A stretch of DNA of 64,000 nucleotides from the human T2T-CHM13v2.0 reference genome, Homo sapiens. The notes under the pieces were generated by a model. That model was not told the origin of the DNA and did no database searches. It saw only the letters and a list, made by a program, of their open reading frames with translations. Location of the stretch: assembly GCF_009914755.1 (NCBI RefSeq), contig NC_060929.1; one strand, given 5' to 3'. Below, one piece after another: positions 40,601 to 54,315 of this stretch. Positions within the stretch are counted from its first letter, which is position 1. Every line of letters starts with the position of its first letter. Made by a program: the position numbers and the translations under genes.

Positions 40601-41439
40601 ACTAAAGAAGGGATCTGCTGCCATCCACAATCTGTTCAGGGGAGATATAGATTTTTCTCTATTTCAGAGTTCCAGAGGACAAAAATCAGAGCCTAGAGAT
40701 AAAGAGGATTGGTTTGCCGATCACGGAATCTGTAGAGCCAACAATGTGTATGTGAAACAGAGAAAAAGTCAAAAAGGAAACCAACCAAAAAAAAAAAAAA
40801 AGCAATTCACCTATTGGGTGTGTTTCCTGCTAAATTGTCACAGTTTACATGCAAATTAATTACGATGTGAACCTATTCAATCATTTTAGAACATTATCAG
40901 TGTTGCCTTTACCAATTTTAATGGATTTTGTCTGAAATCAGCTGGAACAAGTATACATTAGGATGTGAAAAGATAAGTGTGTATTAAAACCAGTTAGGAG
41001 AGTCAAGCAATGCTTTGGCCCAGTTTAGAAAGTTAAAAAGGCACAACAAACCCCACAAAGTTATTCAAATCTGCAAACTTTATTAAAATTGCAACATATA
41101 TAAATATCAGTATGTGGCTGTGTTTGTGTGTGTGTGTGTGTGTATTTGTACATGTTGGAGGGTTGTGGGTAGAAGATTAAAATAGTCATTTTCTGTTACA
41201 GTTTTAAGTTGCTGGATGTCACACTACTCTCTAAATTGTTCTGTCTTCAGATTGTAAACACAGACTTCAAATGGGCAAATGTCTCTTCCTAGTAATTGTA
41301 CTATATTTCCCATCTTTTTAAAAAAAATGTCCAAAATGAAAATTCTCAATTATTTGTCTCTTCCCTGTCCTACAACCTCCTTTTCTCCTCTACTAACAAA
41401 TGATTTTATATCAATTTTATTTATAAAATAGACATAATA

Positions 41440-41766
41440 GGCCGGTCGCGGTGGCTCAAGCCTGTAATCCCAGCACTTTGGGAGGCCGAGGTGCGGATCA
41501 CGAGGTCAGGAGATCGAGACCATCCTGGCTAATACGGTGAAACCCCGTCTCTACTAAAAACACACACACAAAAAATTAGCCGGGCGTGGTGGCGGGCGCC
41601 TGTAGTCCCAGCTACTCGGGAGGCTGAGGCAGGAGAATGGCGTGAGCCCGGAGGTGGAGCTTGCAGTGAGCCCAGATTGAGCCACTGCACTCCAGCCTGG
41701 TCGACAGAGCGAGACTCCGTCTCAAAAAACAAACAAACAAACAAAAACAAACAAACAAAAAACAAA
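41440..41766 (+). mobile_element. AluY, full length, (CAAA)n tail, (CA)n in linker
   Basis: GATCGAGACCATCCTGGCTAA, GAATGGCGTGA, GCTTGCAGTG; TSD AGACATAATA (41430-41439 / 41767-41776). Confidence 0.96.
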
Positions 41767-42639
41767 AGACATAATAACAAAATAACTATTTTTTCTTGTC
41801 AGCAAATCTAGTAAACTACTTGCATCTAATATATCGTTTTTTGTATCATACTTTAGTTCATTCTCATGTTACAGTGATACGTGTGCTCTTATCTGAAGCC
41901 AACTACTTGCTGTTTGCTCGCAATCCAAACTTCTAGGGATTGTCCTTCATATCTCTCATTTAGTTTTCTAACTCATCAGCAAGGCCACGACATGGTCTGG
42001 ATCTGGCTGGAATGATTTTTACTATTTTTACTGGTCCAAGCCACTTTCTTTTCTTACCAAGGCTCCAGCAACAGCGCCCCCCACCCGCAAGGGAACCTCC
42101 TGTTTTCTGCACAGCAAAGACTATTACATCAAGGTGAAACCTTCACTATTTTAGCAACTGGGCATTGTCTCTGACCTGTCATCCTGTATTCCTCACATGA
42201 ATGCTAAAGGAGGTCTAAATATCCAGCTCCTTCCATATACATAATTCTTGCATTCAGCCCTCCCTTTAAAGGGTGGGGTCGATTGGAGAGAACACTTCAC
42301 CCAATTGCATGGCAAGCTATTGTCTTCACTCATTAATTAACTTCATTTTTCATAAATATGAATAGGCCACCAACGATTAGCCAACGTATGAGGAAACTTA
42401 AGCAGTAATGAAGATATCTAAGATGGAACAATTATTAACTTTGGAAATGAATAAATAAAACTCTGGGATAGAAAACATTTGTAAATTTAAAAGATGTCAA
42501 ACCTTTATAAATAGTTCAATAGATGGGTTGGATTACAGAATGGCTGTACTACAGAACACATTGTTGATAAAGAAGAAAAGACTTAAAATGTGTGGCACTG
42601 AAGAAATCACTACAAAGAGAAACATCACATGAATATAAA

Positions 42640-42837
42640 GAGGAATAGTGGGTGTGTCAAATTCCACTATCTATCTACAAGGAGTTCCAAATAACAGAGA
42701 AAATAAAAAGTAAATTTGAAGACCCAATAAAATGAGTTGAGGAACAGTGGGTGTGTCAAATTCCACTATCTATCTACAAGGAGTTCCAAATAACAGAAAA
42801 AATAGAAAGTAAATTTGAAGAGCCAATAAAGTGAGTT
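42640..42837. repeat. 99-bp tandem duplication (2 copies, about 95% identical), probably inside an ancient L1M ORF1 remnant
   Basis: GAGGAATAGTGGGTGTGTCAAATTCC...GAGTT repeated at 42640 and 42739; 5 mismatches counted. Confidence 0.93.
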
Positions 42838-43227
42838 AAGAATCCCTGTGATTGAGGGAAGACACAAGTCTTTCTTCATCACTGAAATAACCACAAAATT
42901 CTAAAAGGGAATAATAGGAAAATACGTATACATTTCTGGAGAAATTTGAAAATGCCAGAACTAAAGACAAATTCTAATGAAGTCTATATAGAAACAAAAA
43001 TAAATAAAGCAGATTATCTACTGAGAAATAAACATCCGAATGACACTAGATATCTCACCAGTGGCACTGAATACTAGAAGACAGCGCAGAGCCTAATCTG
43101 AACAGATGCTTGAATCTGGCATTTACTGCATAACTTGCCATATTATCCAATCAAAAATAATGGCAAAATAAGTATATTTGAACATGAAAACTTCAGGAAT
43201 TTAGTCCACATTTATATATAAACAAAG

Positions 43228-43240
43228 TATATATATATAT

Positions 43241-43272
<32 letters not shown>
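43228..43272. repeat. (TA)n(CA)n microsatellite
   Basis: Read directly; a second TA/CA low-complexity tract lies at 43370-43459. Confidence 0.9.
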
Positions 43273-43274
<2 letters not shown>

Positions 43275-45493
43275 TCCGTGAATTGATAAATTGATTCTTA
43301 TGATTAAATAAGTTTGAGAAATGACCATTAGACATTAAACTTAGGAGACTGTTCTTTGTCAACAATTTCTATATATATATACACATATCTACACACATGC
43401 ATACATATACACACACATACATATACATATACATATGCATACACACACATATATATATAATTTTCAAGTTATTTAAGATGGTTAATAACCAAATGAGAAA
43501 GAATGAAACATAAGTAAACAAAAGAAAGACACTGATGCAAACAATACTGGTAAGAATATAGATTCATACAAAAGAATCATTAGGTTAATTTTGCCTAATT
43601 ATAAAACTAATTTTGGATCTTCTTAGACCAACTAAATTAGCTTCTTCAGTAAAGATGTCTAAACATCTGGATATTTAACTACGTTTCATGGATTGATTTC
43701 TATGATTAGACGTGTTTGGAGAACGACCATTAGCACTTGACATTTGGAGATTGTCCTTTGAGTAACAATTTGAAAGAGATAGAATTCCTTATGGGCATTA
43801 ACATATTTATTGAATTTCCTTTTGATAAAGTCAGAAAATAAGAGAACAACTAGGTGTTCAAATCAATATTAAATTCAATAACATATAACACACTACATAA
43901 TATGTCACAAGATTGAAAAGGCAAGATGGAAGGGGGTAAGTATATAGATTTCATTATTTTTGTTAAAAGTACGGCATCAACAGATAACAACTTGATTGGA
44001 GAAATCAAAGAGAAATTTTTTTAACCATAAAGGCATAGACTAGAAGAATTAGAGATGGCAAGCAGAAAGGTTTGGGAGGAAATAGATCATTTATGTGTGT
44101 TAAATTTATTTTCCACAGAAGTAGGGAGTTAATAGATAAATAATTTTTTCACACGTTATGAGAATAATAAAATTATTTACAATAATATTTTCTACCAAAA
44201 GAATTTAAAATAGGAATTACTTTAGGGAATGGAGCTTGAAGGAAAAACTTTTCTTCTCATTTAAATATTTGGAACTGTTAGAATTTTTAAACTACGAGGA
44301 TATCTACAATGTCTACAATAACAGCAACCAAGATGCTCATTAAAATGATAATTAGAAACAAATAAGTGTTAGTGCTCAGACTGATGAAATATGAACTTGC
44401 TTTTGATTTTCCGGTTTTCTACTTCTCCCTGTTTCCATATATTCCTAAATTAGCACATGGCATTTTATAATTAGAAACTACATTTTGTAGTTGTTTGGAT
44501 TAATCATTACCATTATTATAAAGATATAATGTTGTTTTAAACATATGTCATGAAACACAGTACTTAGCTTCTCTATGCATGTTAAATGTGTTTAATACAT
44601 TAATTTTATAAAATATGTTAAAAATCTAATGAAACATTAAAATATACAAAACAGTTCCTTTCAAAATCACAACAAAAATTTCTTATAACATTAGTTAACT
44701 TAGAGGGAAATATGCATTTATAAGACAAAAGTGATACATCTCTTTTTTAATGAGAAAATTAAATAGGTCAATTTTCATGTAAATATTTTAAGAACTTTAC
44801 ACAACCACAACCAAATATTGAGTTAAATTTTTTTAGGTTGGCTATGATGTAAATTTCATTTCAAAATTGATTCACTGGAAGTACCAAGACACTTTTGAGT
44901 AAGAGAAGTCATACTAAAGTAAATAATAAATATCAAATATGCTTTGAATATAATTTAAAAAATATAGATTATATATAAGTAAAGAAATAATTCAGTGCAA
45001 CTGAAAACAATCCAGATTAGATAACAAATGGTGAAAAGATTTAATATATTACCAAGTGCATTTCAAATTCCAAAGGAAAATGATGGATTATTCAATTGAT
45101 TATAGAGACTCAACTGGCTAACCATCTGGAATAAAGATGCTGATCTGACACGTAGCAAAAATGCATTCCACAAGTAAATACATAAAGAATGTTGACTTAG
45201 GCATCATTCCACAAAAATACAGTGCTGAGTTGATTCATGCTTGAAAAAAATTGTTGAATAAATATATAATTTTGAGAAAAAAGAATACATAAAAATACCA
45301 AGAAACTATTACAGTTAAATGTCCATGAAATCTTTGAATACGAAAGGAATTTTTAAGCATGACTCAAAATATAGAAATGATGGATTGCTCATGGAAGAAA
45401 GAAAGTGTGAATAGTGCAGAATTAGCAAGAGAGAGAGTAGCGGGAGTTGAAATCAGAGATGTTTATTTAATAGTTTGAAGTGCAGTATGTGGA

Positions 45494-45496
<3 letters not shown>

Positions 45497-45537
<41 letters not shown>
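45497..45537. repeat. (GT)20 microsatellite
   Basis: Read directly. Confidence 0.95.
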
Positions 45538-45538
<1 letters not shown>

Positions 45539-45547
45539 ATAAGTCAT

Positions 45548-45840
45548 TGGGCCTGCCACTTGTTTTTGTATGGTATGTGAACTAAGAATGTTTTTACATT
45601 TTTTAAATGGTTAAGAAAAATCAAAATAAGACTAGTGAAATATGAAGATTATATAAAATTCAAATTTCAGTGTCCATAAATAAAGATTTACTGGAACACA
45701 GTCAGGCCCACTTGATTATAGTCTGCGGCTGCTTCATGCTACAACAGCAGAATTGAGTAGTTTTGACAGAGACCATATGGCCTGCAAAGCTCAAAACATT
45801 TACTATCTGGCTCTTTACAGAAAAATTTGGCTGACCCCTG
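45548..45840 (+). mobile_element. MER58B hAT-Charlie DNA transposon (5' end missing)
   Basis: CTAAGAATGTTTTTACATTTTTTAAATGGTT, AAATTCAAATTTCAGTGTCCATAAATAAAG, GACCATATGGCCTGCAAAGC, GCTGACCCCTG end. Confidence 0.88.
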
Positions 45841-47979
45841 GTATAGACATATTCTGGGAGTTTCTCAATATGTAGCCTATCACATCAATTCACTAGGCCA
45901 ACCTCGATCAATTTTTGTTCATAAATATTATTCTAAACTTAATATGACTTCTGCATATACATCTTGTGTGTGTAGAGATGTGTCTATGTGTGATGGCAAT
46001 GCACAGTTTGCTTTGGGAATTATATAATATGAATGTTATTATGTTTGAGAATATAAAAAAAACATATACATGTAGAAACCAGTAGTACCATGCTTTTGAG
46101 ATACATAATCACTCATGTTTGCTATTTTGGGGCTGCACTGAATTTCTGAGAACAAACCTTTATTTTCCGTTTTAATTAAACTAAACATTTAATTACATTT
46201 CCACTATTCTGTCAGCAGAAACAAATCTATAAATGTGGAGTGAAAAATTATGAGAGCTGGTCTTTAATATCTCATCACAAACAGAGCATGTTATGGGCAA
46301 TCTGTTCTTTGAGGGTGTATAACAACCGTGTTTCCCACGAAAGTTAATGCTAATAAAGCATTCAAATACAGTACAGAACTTTTCATTTTTAGCTAATAGC
46401 TATCTGGTAAAGGCCAAGATGTTGAAAATATATGCCATGTTTACAATGATTCCCATGACCCTTAGGGTTTTAGTTTCCAGCACAAGATAATTCAATAAGT
46501 GAAGGGATAGTGCAGATTAAACACAAGTTTGCTGCCAAGCAATTTATGCCCGGCCTATGCTCAAATGTACACCAATAAAACTATACAAACATTTAGAATT
46601 CTAATTTTATTATAAGTAGCCAATATGTCTAGAGCAATTTGCCAGGTGCAATGAAAAATTAAAGGTACCTGCCCACAAAGTTGTTACAGCGATACATGAG
46701 AAGCAGACTTGTAAAGGTGAAAATGGAAATAAGGAAAAGCTCCTATCTAATGAGAGACGTTAGTCAAGAGGAATAGAATCATTTCCTCCCATCAGCTTTC
46801 CTGGTGGGCTATGTTATGTACACTCAAATAGGACGCATAAGATGTACTGATTTTATACATCTGTATTGTGAGCTTGGTTAATGGCAGTTCGGTCTAAAGA
46901 GATGAACTTGTTCTTACTTGATAATAGAATGAAATTTCTGGGTATACAGGACGAAGGACAAACTCTGGAATCCAGCAAATACACTTCAGTATACCTCCCC
47001 CCAAGGAAAGCCGATGGGAGAAAATGATTCTATTTCTCTGGACTTACATCTCTGATTAGATATGAGCTTTTCTTTGTTTCCATTTTCACATTGACCGGTC
47101 TACATCTCATGTATCATTATAACAATTTTGCTGGCAGATACATAATACATACATGATAGTGTATTCTGGAAGATGCATTCTAAAATATAATAAATGTAAT
47201 AAATGTACTATGTTTGCAGTATTTCAGGGGGTTGAGAACTGTACTCTCTCTTTATGTCTGGATTTATCTTAATTTTGATCAATCAGGTAGTCATTGAATA
47301 TTAACTATCAGAGTATAATCTTTATACATCAGGGATGTAGAACATCACTGGTGATCAGTTTAACTGGTGGCGAGTTAATCTATATAGAGAACTTTAAATG
47401 CTAAGGAGACCAATATACGAACTTTTCACAATAGTGTATTATGTCAACCAGCTAAATAAAAAGTCAAATAATTATTGTAAAAGAGGTTCATGATAACAGG
47501 AGAGCAAGGGAAGGTGGTAATACTTAAATATTTAATGGAATCAGACTAGGAGAACTCAATTCATCTTTCCTCAAAATGTGGTAACATTTGTCCAAGAAAA
47601 CCCATTTATAGATGAATAATGCCAATAATGCCAGTATTTGCTTCTTGTTCTTTGTTTTCATGCCCCTAATACTCCATTCTGGAAGATACATTCTTTATTT
47701 TTAAAATATAATGAATGTGCTATGCTTGCAGTATTTTGGTGGGTTGAGAACTATTTTCTTTCTTTATGTCTGGATTGGCTGTCTTAATTTTGATCCTCAG
47801 ATTGTCACTGAATATTAACTATGAGAGTATAATCTTATTTATTTTCTTTCTTCTTCTTGCGGGATGCTTTCTTTCCTCTTCTTGGGAGATCTGTCAACGG
47901 AGACTCCAGATATTTCCATACATGAATGATGGATTAGTCTATATTATTCTCTCATTTACCACACAACCTAGTGGAAAGT

Positions 47980-48016
<37 letters not shown>
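47980..48016. repeat. (GT)n microsatellite
   Basis: Read directly. Confidence 0.95.
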
Positions 48017-48018
<2 letters not shown>

Positions 48019-48061
48019 CCTCTACCATCTTCCATCTCTTAATCTCTTACATCACTCCTTC

Positions 48062-48333
48062 TTTTTAATTTTTTTAAATTTTTTTGAGACAGAGTCTCCC
48101 CTAAGCTGGAGTGCAGTGGCACGATCTTGGTTCAATTGATTCTCCTGCCTCAGCCTCCAGAGTAGCTGGGATTATAGGCATGCACCACCACGCCCCACTA
48201 TTTTTGTATTTTTAGTAGACACAGGGTTTCACCATGTTGGCCAGGCTGTTCTTGAACTCCTGGCTTCAAGTGATCTGTCCATCTCAGCCTCCCAAAGTTC
48301 CGGGATTAGAAGTGTGCACCACCATGCCCAGCC
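48062..48333 (-). mobile_element. AluS with internal deletions
   Basis: TTTTTGAGACAGAGTCTC..GCTGGAGTGCAGTGGC..TTTTTGTATTTTTAGTAG..CCCAGCC. Confidence 0.92.
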
Positions 48334-48960
48334 TATGCCTCATATGTCATTCTTTTTTGGCTTCTGTTCCTCTCATTCAATCAAATGAATATCTCATAAA
48401 ATTTTCTATATCATTCAATCCAATGAGCATTTTCTAATCTTTATCTGATTTGAATTTTCTGTAACATTAACCATACTTTTCTTAAGTTCTGAGACAAAGC
48501 ATTTTCTTACTTTTACTCCCACCTTTCTGGTTGTGCCTTCTCAAGCTGTTTCCCAGACTTGCTTTTTCTATGTTTACATGTTGGAGTTCTTCATAACTAT
48601 CTCCTTTGTTTTTTACTGAGTACTCAAATTTAGGCAATCTTGTCAGAGACCAGAATTTCAAACACTTGTCTTATTCCTAAGACTCTCACGTGTATACCTC
48701 TAGACAATTGCTTTCCTCTGACTTTTACATCCAACTGACTACTTAAATATCAACTCAGGTTTCTGTAAAGCACCACAAACCTAGAATTCCAGAACTGAAA
48801 TAATGATCTCTTTATCCCCTGCACGCACACATCATTACATATTATCATTTTGCCTCACAAATAGCGTTTCAATTCCATTTACCACCTTTTATCTCAAACA
48901 ACTGTTGTTGTCCAACTTGCCATTATCTCTCCCCTAAATCAAAATAATCATTCATTGGAA

Positions 48961-50276
48961 CAGTGGTTTGTAGTTCTTCTTGTAGAGATCTATTGCTTCC
49001 CTTGTTAACTGTATTCCTAGGTATATTATTCTATTTGTGGCAATTGTGAATGGGAATTCATTTGTGATTTGTCTCGTTTTGACTGTCACTGGTGTTCAGA
49101 AATGCTAGCAATTTTTGCACATTGATTTTATATCCCAATACTTTGCCAAAGTTTCTTATCAGCTTAAGAAGCTTTTGGGCTGAAACAATGGAGTTTTCTA
49201 CATATGGGATCATGTCATCTGCAAACAGGGATAGTTTGACTTCCTCTCTTCCTATTTGAATGCCCTTTATTTCTTCCTCTTGCCTGATTGCTCTGGCCAG
49301 ATCTTCCAACACTACGTTGAGTAGGAGTGGTGAGAGAGGGCATCTTTGTCTCATGCCAATTTTCAAGGTGAATGCATCCAGCTTTTGATTATTCAGGATG
49401 ATATTGGCTGTGGGTTTGTCATACATGGCTCTTATTATTTTAAGGTATGTTCTTTCAGTACCTAGCTTATTGAGAGTTTTTAACATGAGGGGATGTTGAA
49501 TTTTATCAAAGCCCTTTTCTACATCTATTGAGATAATCATGTGGTTTCAGTTCTGTTTATGTGAGGAATCACAACTGTTGATTGGCATATGTTGACCCAA
49601 TTTTGCATACCAGGAAGGAAGTCTACCTGATTGTGGTGGATGAGCCCTTTTTGATGAGGGCTGGATTCGTATTGTCAGTATTTTTGCATCAATGTTCATC
49701 AAGGATATTGGCCTAAAGTTTTCTTTTCTGTGTTGTATTTCTGCCAGGTTTTGGTATCAGAATAATACTGGGCTCATAGAATGAGTTAGGGAGGAGTCCC
49801 TCCTTTTCAATTTTTTGGAATAGTTTCAGTAGGAATGATACCAGCTCTTCTTTGTACATCTGGTGGAATTCAGCTGTCAATCCATCTGGTCCTGGGCTTT
49901 TTTTTTGTTTGGAAGACTATAACTGCCTCAATTTCAGAACTCATTATTGGTCTGTTCCATGGTTCAATTTCTTCCTGGTTCAGTCTTGGGAGGGTGTATA
50001 TATCTAGGAATTTATTCATTTCTTCTAGATTTTCCAGTTTATGTGAATGGTGGTGTTTATAATATTCTCTGTTGGTTGTATTTCTGTGTGGTCCGCCAAA
50101 ATATCCTTCTTATCATTTCTGATTATGTTTACTTGAATCTTCTCTCTTTTTTCTTTATCAGTTTAGCTAGCAGTCTAGCTATTTTATTATCTTGTTCAAA
50201 AAAAAAAAAAAAAAAAACACCAGCTCCTGGATTTGTTGATCTTTGAATTTTTTTGTGTCTCTGTCTCCTTCAGTTC
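48961..50276 (-). mobile_element. Antisense L1PA ORF2 fragment (RT region)
   Basis: ORF 49058-49540(-) [17 protein letters not shown]...CPLSPLL...LFADDMI is L1 RT. Confidence 0.93.
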
Positions 50277-50910
50277 AGTAGCATTTCTATACATCAATTT
50301 TGTTGAAGCTGAGAGCCAAATAAATAATGCAATCACATTTCCAGTAGCTGCAAGAAGAATAAAACACCTAGGAATAGAGCTAACCAAGGAGGTGAAAGAT
50401 CTCTACAAAGAGAACTAAATACAAACCACTGCTTAAAGAAATCAGAGATGACACAAACAAATGGAAAAACATTCCATGATCATGCCCATAAGTGATAGAC
50501 TGGATGAAGAAAATGTGGTACATATATACCATGGAATACTATGCAGCCATATAAAGGAAGGGGATCATGTCCTTTGTAGGGACATGCATGGAGCTAAAGG
50601 CAAATATCTTCAGCAAACTAACATAGGAACAGAAAACCAAATTCCACACATTCTCACTTGTAAGTGGGAACTAAATAACAAGAACACACGGACACATAGA
50701 GGGGATCTACACACAGTGGGGCCTATCAGAGGGCAGAGGGTAGGAGGAGGGAGAGGAGCAGGAAAAATAACTAATGGATATTAGTTATCTAATATATCTT
50801 GGTGATTAAATAATCTGTATGACAAACCTCCATGATCATGTTTACCCATGTAAAAAACCTGCACATCCTGCACATGTACTGGTGAACTTACAATAAAAGT
50901 TTTTTTAAAA
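50275..50910 (+). mobile_element. Sense L1PA (older, L1PA12-14-like): ORF2 piece joined through a large deletion to the 3' end
   Basis: AGTAGCATTTCTATAC...CATTCCATGATCATG then CCCATAAGTGATAGACTGG...AATAAAAG 3' end. Confidence 0.9.
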
Positions 50911-51984
50911 GTAGTTTCTTAACTGGTTTCTTCACATCACTATTACAACAGTTCAAACCATTCAACTCACTATGTCAGTGATTCTTAAATATACACCCGA
51001 TGTTTGCTGATCACCTCATTAACATCCTTTAATTGATTCATCTGCTTTCAGGATAGGGAAATTCTTTGACATTCAAGGGCAAGCATCATTGTTTATTTGT
51101 TGTTTTTTAAGAGTTTGAACTGTGCCTAAGAGAATGAGAGTTAACTCTCTCTCATTGGGACGCTTTCTTAATATACTCTTTCTGTACTTTTAAGGACAGG
51201 TTATATTGATGTACTGATAGTTACGACCCTGATAAGTTATCCGTTGTAGCTCAAAAATAGGGCTTGACTTATGAGGTTGATGACTAACCAGCTTAGAATG
51301 TCTTTGAACTTTTTTTTGTCTAGGACATTAAGAAACAGAAAGATTATTTTCAATGCTTCTTCGTATCTGATTCTGTTTATTTATATATTTATATTGACTG
51401 ACTAATGTTTTCATGAATTTTATTTATAGGTATCCATCAAAAAAATAGTTAAGTCTTCTAATTCATCATTTTCTCAATTTAGATGTATACATTTCAAAAT
51501 AGATATTACAATCAAGCATCAGAATACAATTTGGGTGTTCAAATTTATACCTACAAAACTATTTTTACATACAAAATCTTAAGGGAACCAAAAAAATATC
51601 TCTTCATCACCATATTATCGTAAGTGTATTTTGAGATCTAAAATTAGAATATCACTTTGTTTGTTCTTTTTAATATCTCTTTGTTTTATATAGCCAAGTA
51701 TATATTTGATACACTTTCCCCAAATGCTGTTAACAGCAAGAAAAATTTGTTTATAGTGATATCCAAAATATTTTTAGATTGCTTATTAAAGTCAATAGAT
51801 ACCCTGATGCTCAATGTACTATTTTAGAGAATTTATACCACTGTGGTTATACAAAAATACCAATGACAGAATATTTACCACATTTATCTGATACTTATAG
51901 AAAATAAGAATAGGCATTCCCCAAATATGACAGAGAGGCATAGAGGTACTGCTCTTTCAAATTCAATGACTTTAGTGCAGTCCA

Positions 51985-52340
51985 ATAGTAAATATTTAAC
52001 TGCATTTGAAAATATTTACAAGAAAAGTCTTTGTGCTAGGTACTACCTGTACTTTAGGATATAAGGAAATATATCCATAGTCTCTGCCTGTAATTCATCA
52101 ACAGTCTGCTGGGCAAGAAAGAGAAACAGAAGGTGGAAGTGTAATACTTGCAATGTGATAAGTATTACTGTGATGGGATAAAGTCAGGATGAGAACTCTC
52201 CCAGAAACGACATCTAATGCAGTCTGAGAGGAATGGGAAAGTCTTCCTAGAAAAGATGTCCTATGCTGCTGCATGAAGGGTGGATATGAGATAATCATGT
52301 AATGAGGGCTTAAGAAGACAGAATGGTCCAAAGCAAACAA
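51985..52340 (-). mobile_element. L2 3' end
   Basis: AAATATTTA..TTTGTGCTAGGTACT..ATAGTCTCTGCC..ACAGTCT, typical antisense L2 terminus. Confidence 0.55.
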
Positions 52341-53793
52341 CTGGATCTAAGTTTTCAGCTGTATAATAAGAAAGCAAAAGAATCTGAAAGCAAGACAAAA
52401 CAAAACAAAATAATTTTATATATAGTTAAAGCCAAAGGCTAAGCATAAGAAAATGAAATCCAGTCATCTTCTTAGAAAATCATTTTTCTCTAACACTAGA
52501 GAAGATTAAAAATGTTATGGATGAGGAAGTGGAACATAAGTAGAAGTGTGAATCCAGAAAGTTGGAGCCTCCGTCTGAGTAAGCGCCATTCAGAAACAGC
52601 TCCAGTGAATGAGGCTGAAGCATATAAGCATTAAATGATTCCTTTTTTTCCATCTGGGAAAATATTTATCATAGTGAACTATTGAACTGTTGATCATTTG
52701 GTCAGAGTAGATACTTGTCTAAATTCTGAGGTCCATTTTTCATCTAGAGAGCATCCTCAACAAATCAGGAAACCCACATTCTTCTAGAAGAGAGGGAGGA
52801 GCTTTGGACTTCACAGAAATGGTGATGAGATTAAATGAAAGGACATATACTAGGTCAAAATAGTTAACAGAAAAAAGCACAGACTCTTGTAAAGTGGGAA
52901 CAGTAGTAGAATAAGCCAGGGTTTTCTATAGGGTTTCTAGTAATCTATCTGCATGGTAGATTTGCGTGCCATGTTGATTACAAACCTTGGTTCAGAAACA
53001 GACACATGGCCTATTTGGCCAAGAGAGAATGGGCTAGATACTCTGGGTCAAGTTTCCCATAGGTCCCACGTTTATTAAAAGTGTGGTCCAATATTCACTC
53101 TCTTCCCTGAACTAGATAAATAAGAATCAGAGCTTTTGTGTTTTCCCAGAGGGCTGAGTAATTGAGCATGGTCCACCTATCAGAAAAGATGTGGCACAAG
53201 TGGCATGTACTGAGGATCATCAGCATACAATAGTAAAATCTCAGAGCAGCGGTTATGCATAAGAGTCAAAATGGAAGACTGGTTCATCAAGGTGTTGCAG
53301 CCTAGAAAAACTTAGAAAGACTAACACCATGTTTACACTCATGGCCAAGAAAAATGGGGATTTAGAGTTAAATTAAATCATTTTAAAGCATAGCTAATAC
53401 ATAAATGTTCATTTTTGTACACCTATTTAATTTTGTCTGAGAATATTCACAAATCAGTTACAATTCTGTTATGGAGAACAGCGTAGAGAGCTGAATTGGT
53501 AATGAGACAACTGAACAGCAAAATCACAATAAGCTGCCATGGATTACTGAATGTTCCCAGTATGCATGGCAGATGATGAGCTTGCATTTTTATCAACAGA
53601 AATGGCAGACCATTTGACTAATCAAGATGTAGGTGTTTTGCTCTATTGGTTTGGAAAAAGGACGGGAAAGCAAATTAGTTGGTATAGGTAAGACTGGATG
53701 AAATTTTAGATGAATTAGGTCTTTAGCATATAGAAAAGGAACGCAGATAACAGGGGAAACATCTAAATTAAAAGATTTGTGGTTGTGAGAAAA

Positions 53794-54315
53794 CAAAAAG
53801 GGAATATAAATTGTTCTACCATAAAGACACTTACACATGTATATTCATTGCAGCACTATTTATAACAGCCAAAACAATGAATCAATCTAAATACCCATCA
53901 ATAGCAGACTGGATAACAAAAATGTGGTACTTATACACCATAGAATACTATGCAGCCATAAAAAGAACACAGCCATGTCTTTTGGGGGAACATGGATGGA
54001 GCTGGAGACCATCATTTTTAGCAAACTAACCCAGGAACAGAGAACCAAATACCACATGTTCTCACTTATAAGGGGGAGCTAAAAGATGGGAACAAGTGGT
54101 CACAAAAAGGGGAACAACAGACACTGAGACCTTACTTGAAGATGGAGGTTGGAGGAGGAAGAGGATCAGAAAAAAATAACTCTTGGGTACTATACGTAGT
54201 ACCTGAATGACAAAATAATCTGTACAACACACCCACCTGATATGAGGTTACCCATATAAATTGCACATGTACCCCTGAACCAAAAATAAAAGTTTTTCAG
54301 AAAAAGAAAATAAAA
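53794..54315 (+). mobile_element. 5'-truncated L1PA15/16-like 3' end
   Basis: ORF2 C-terminal remnant (YHKDTYTCIFIAALF), 3'UTR and A tail; candidate TSD TGTGAGAAAA (53784-53793 / 54316-54325). Confidence 0.9.
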
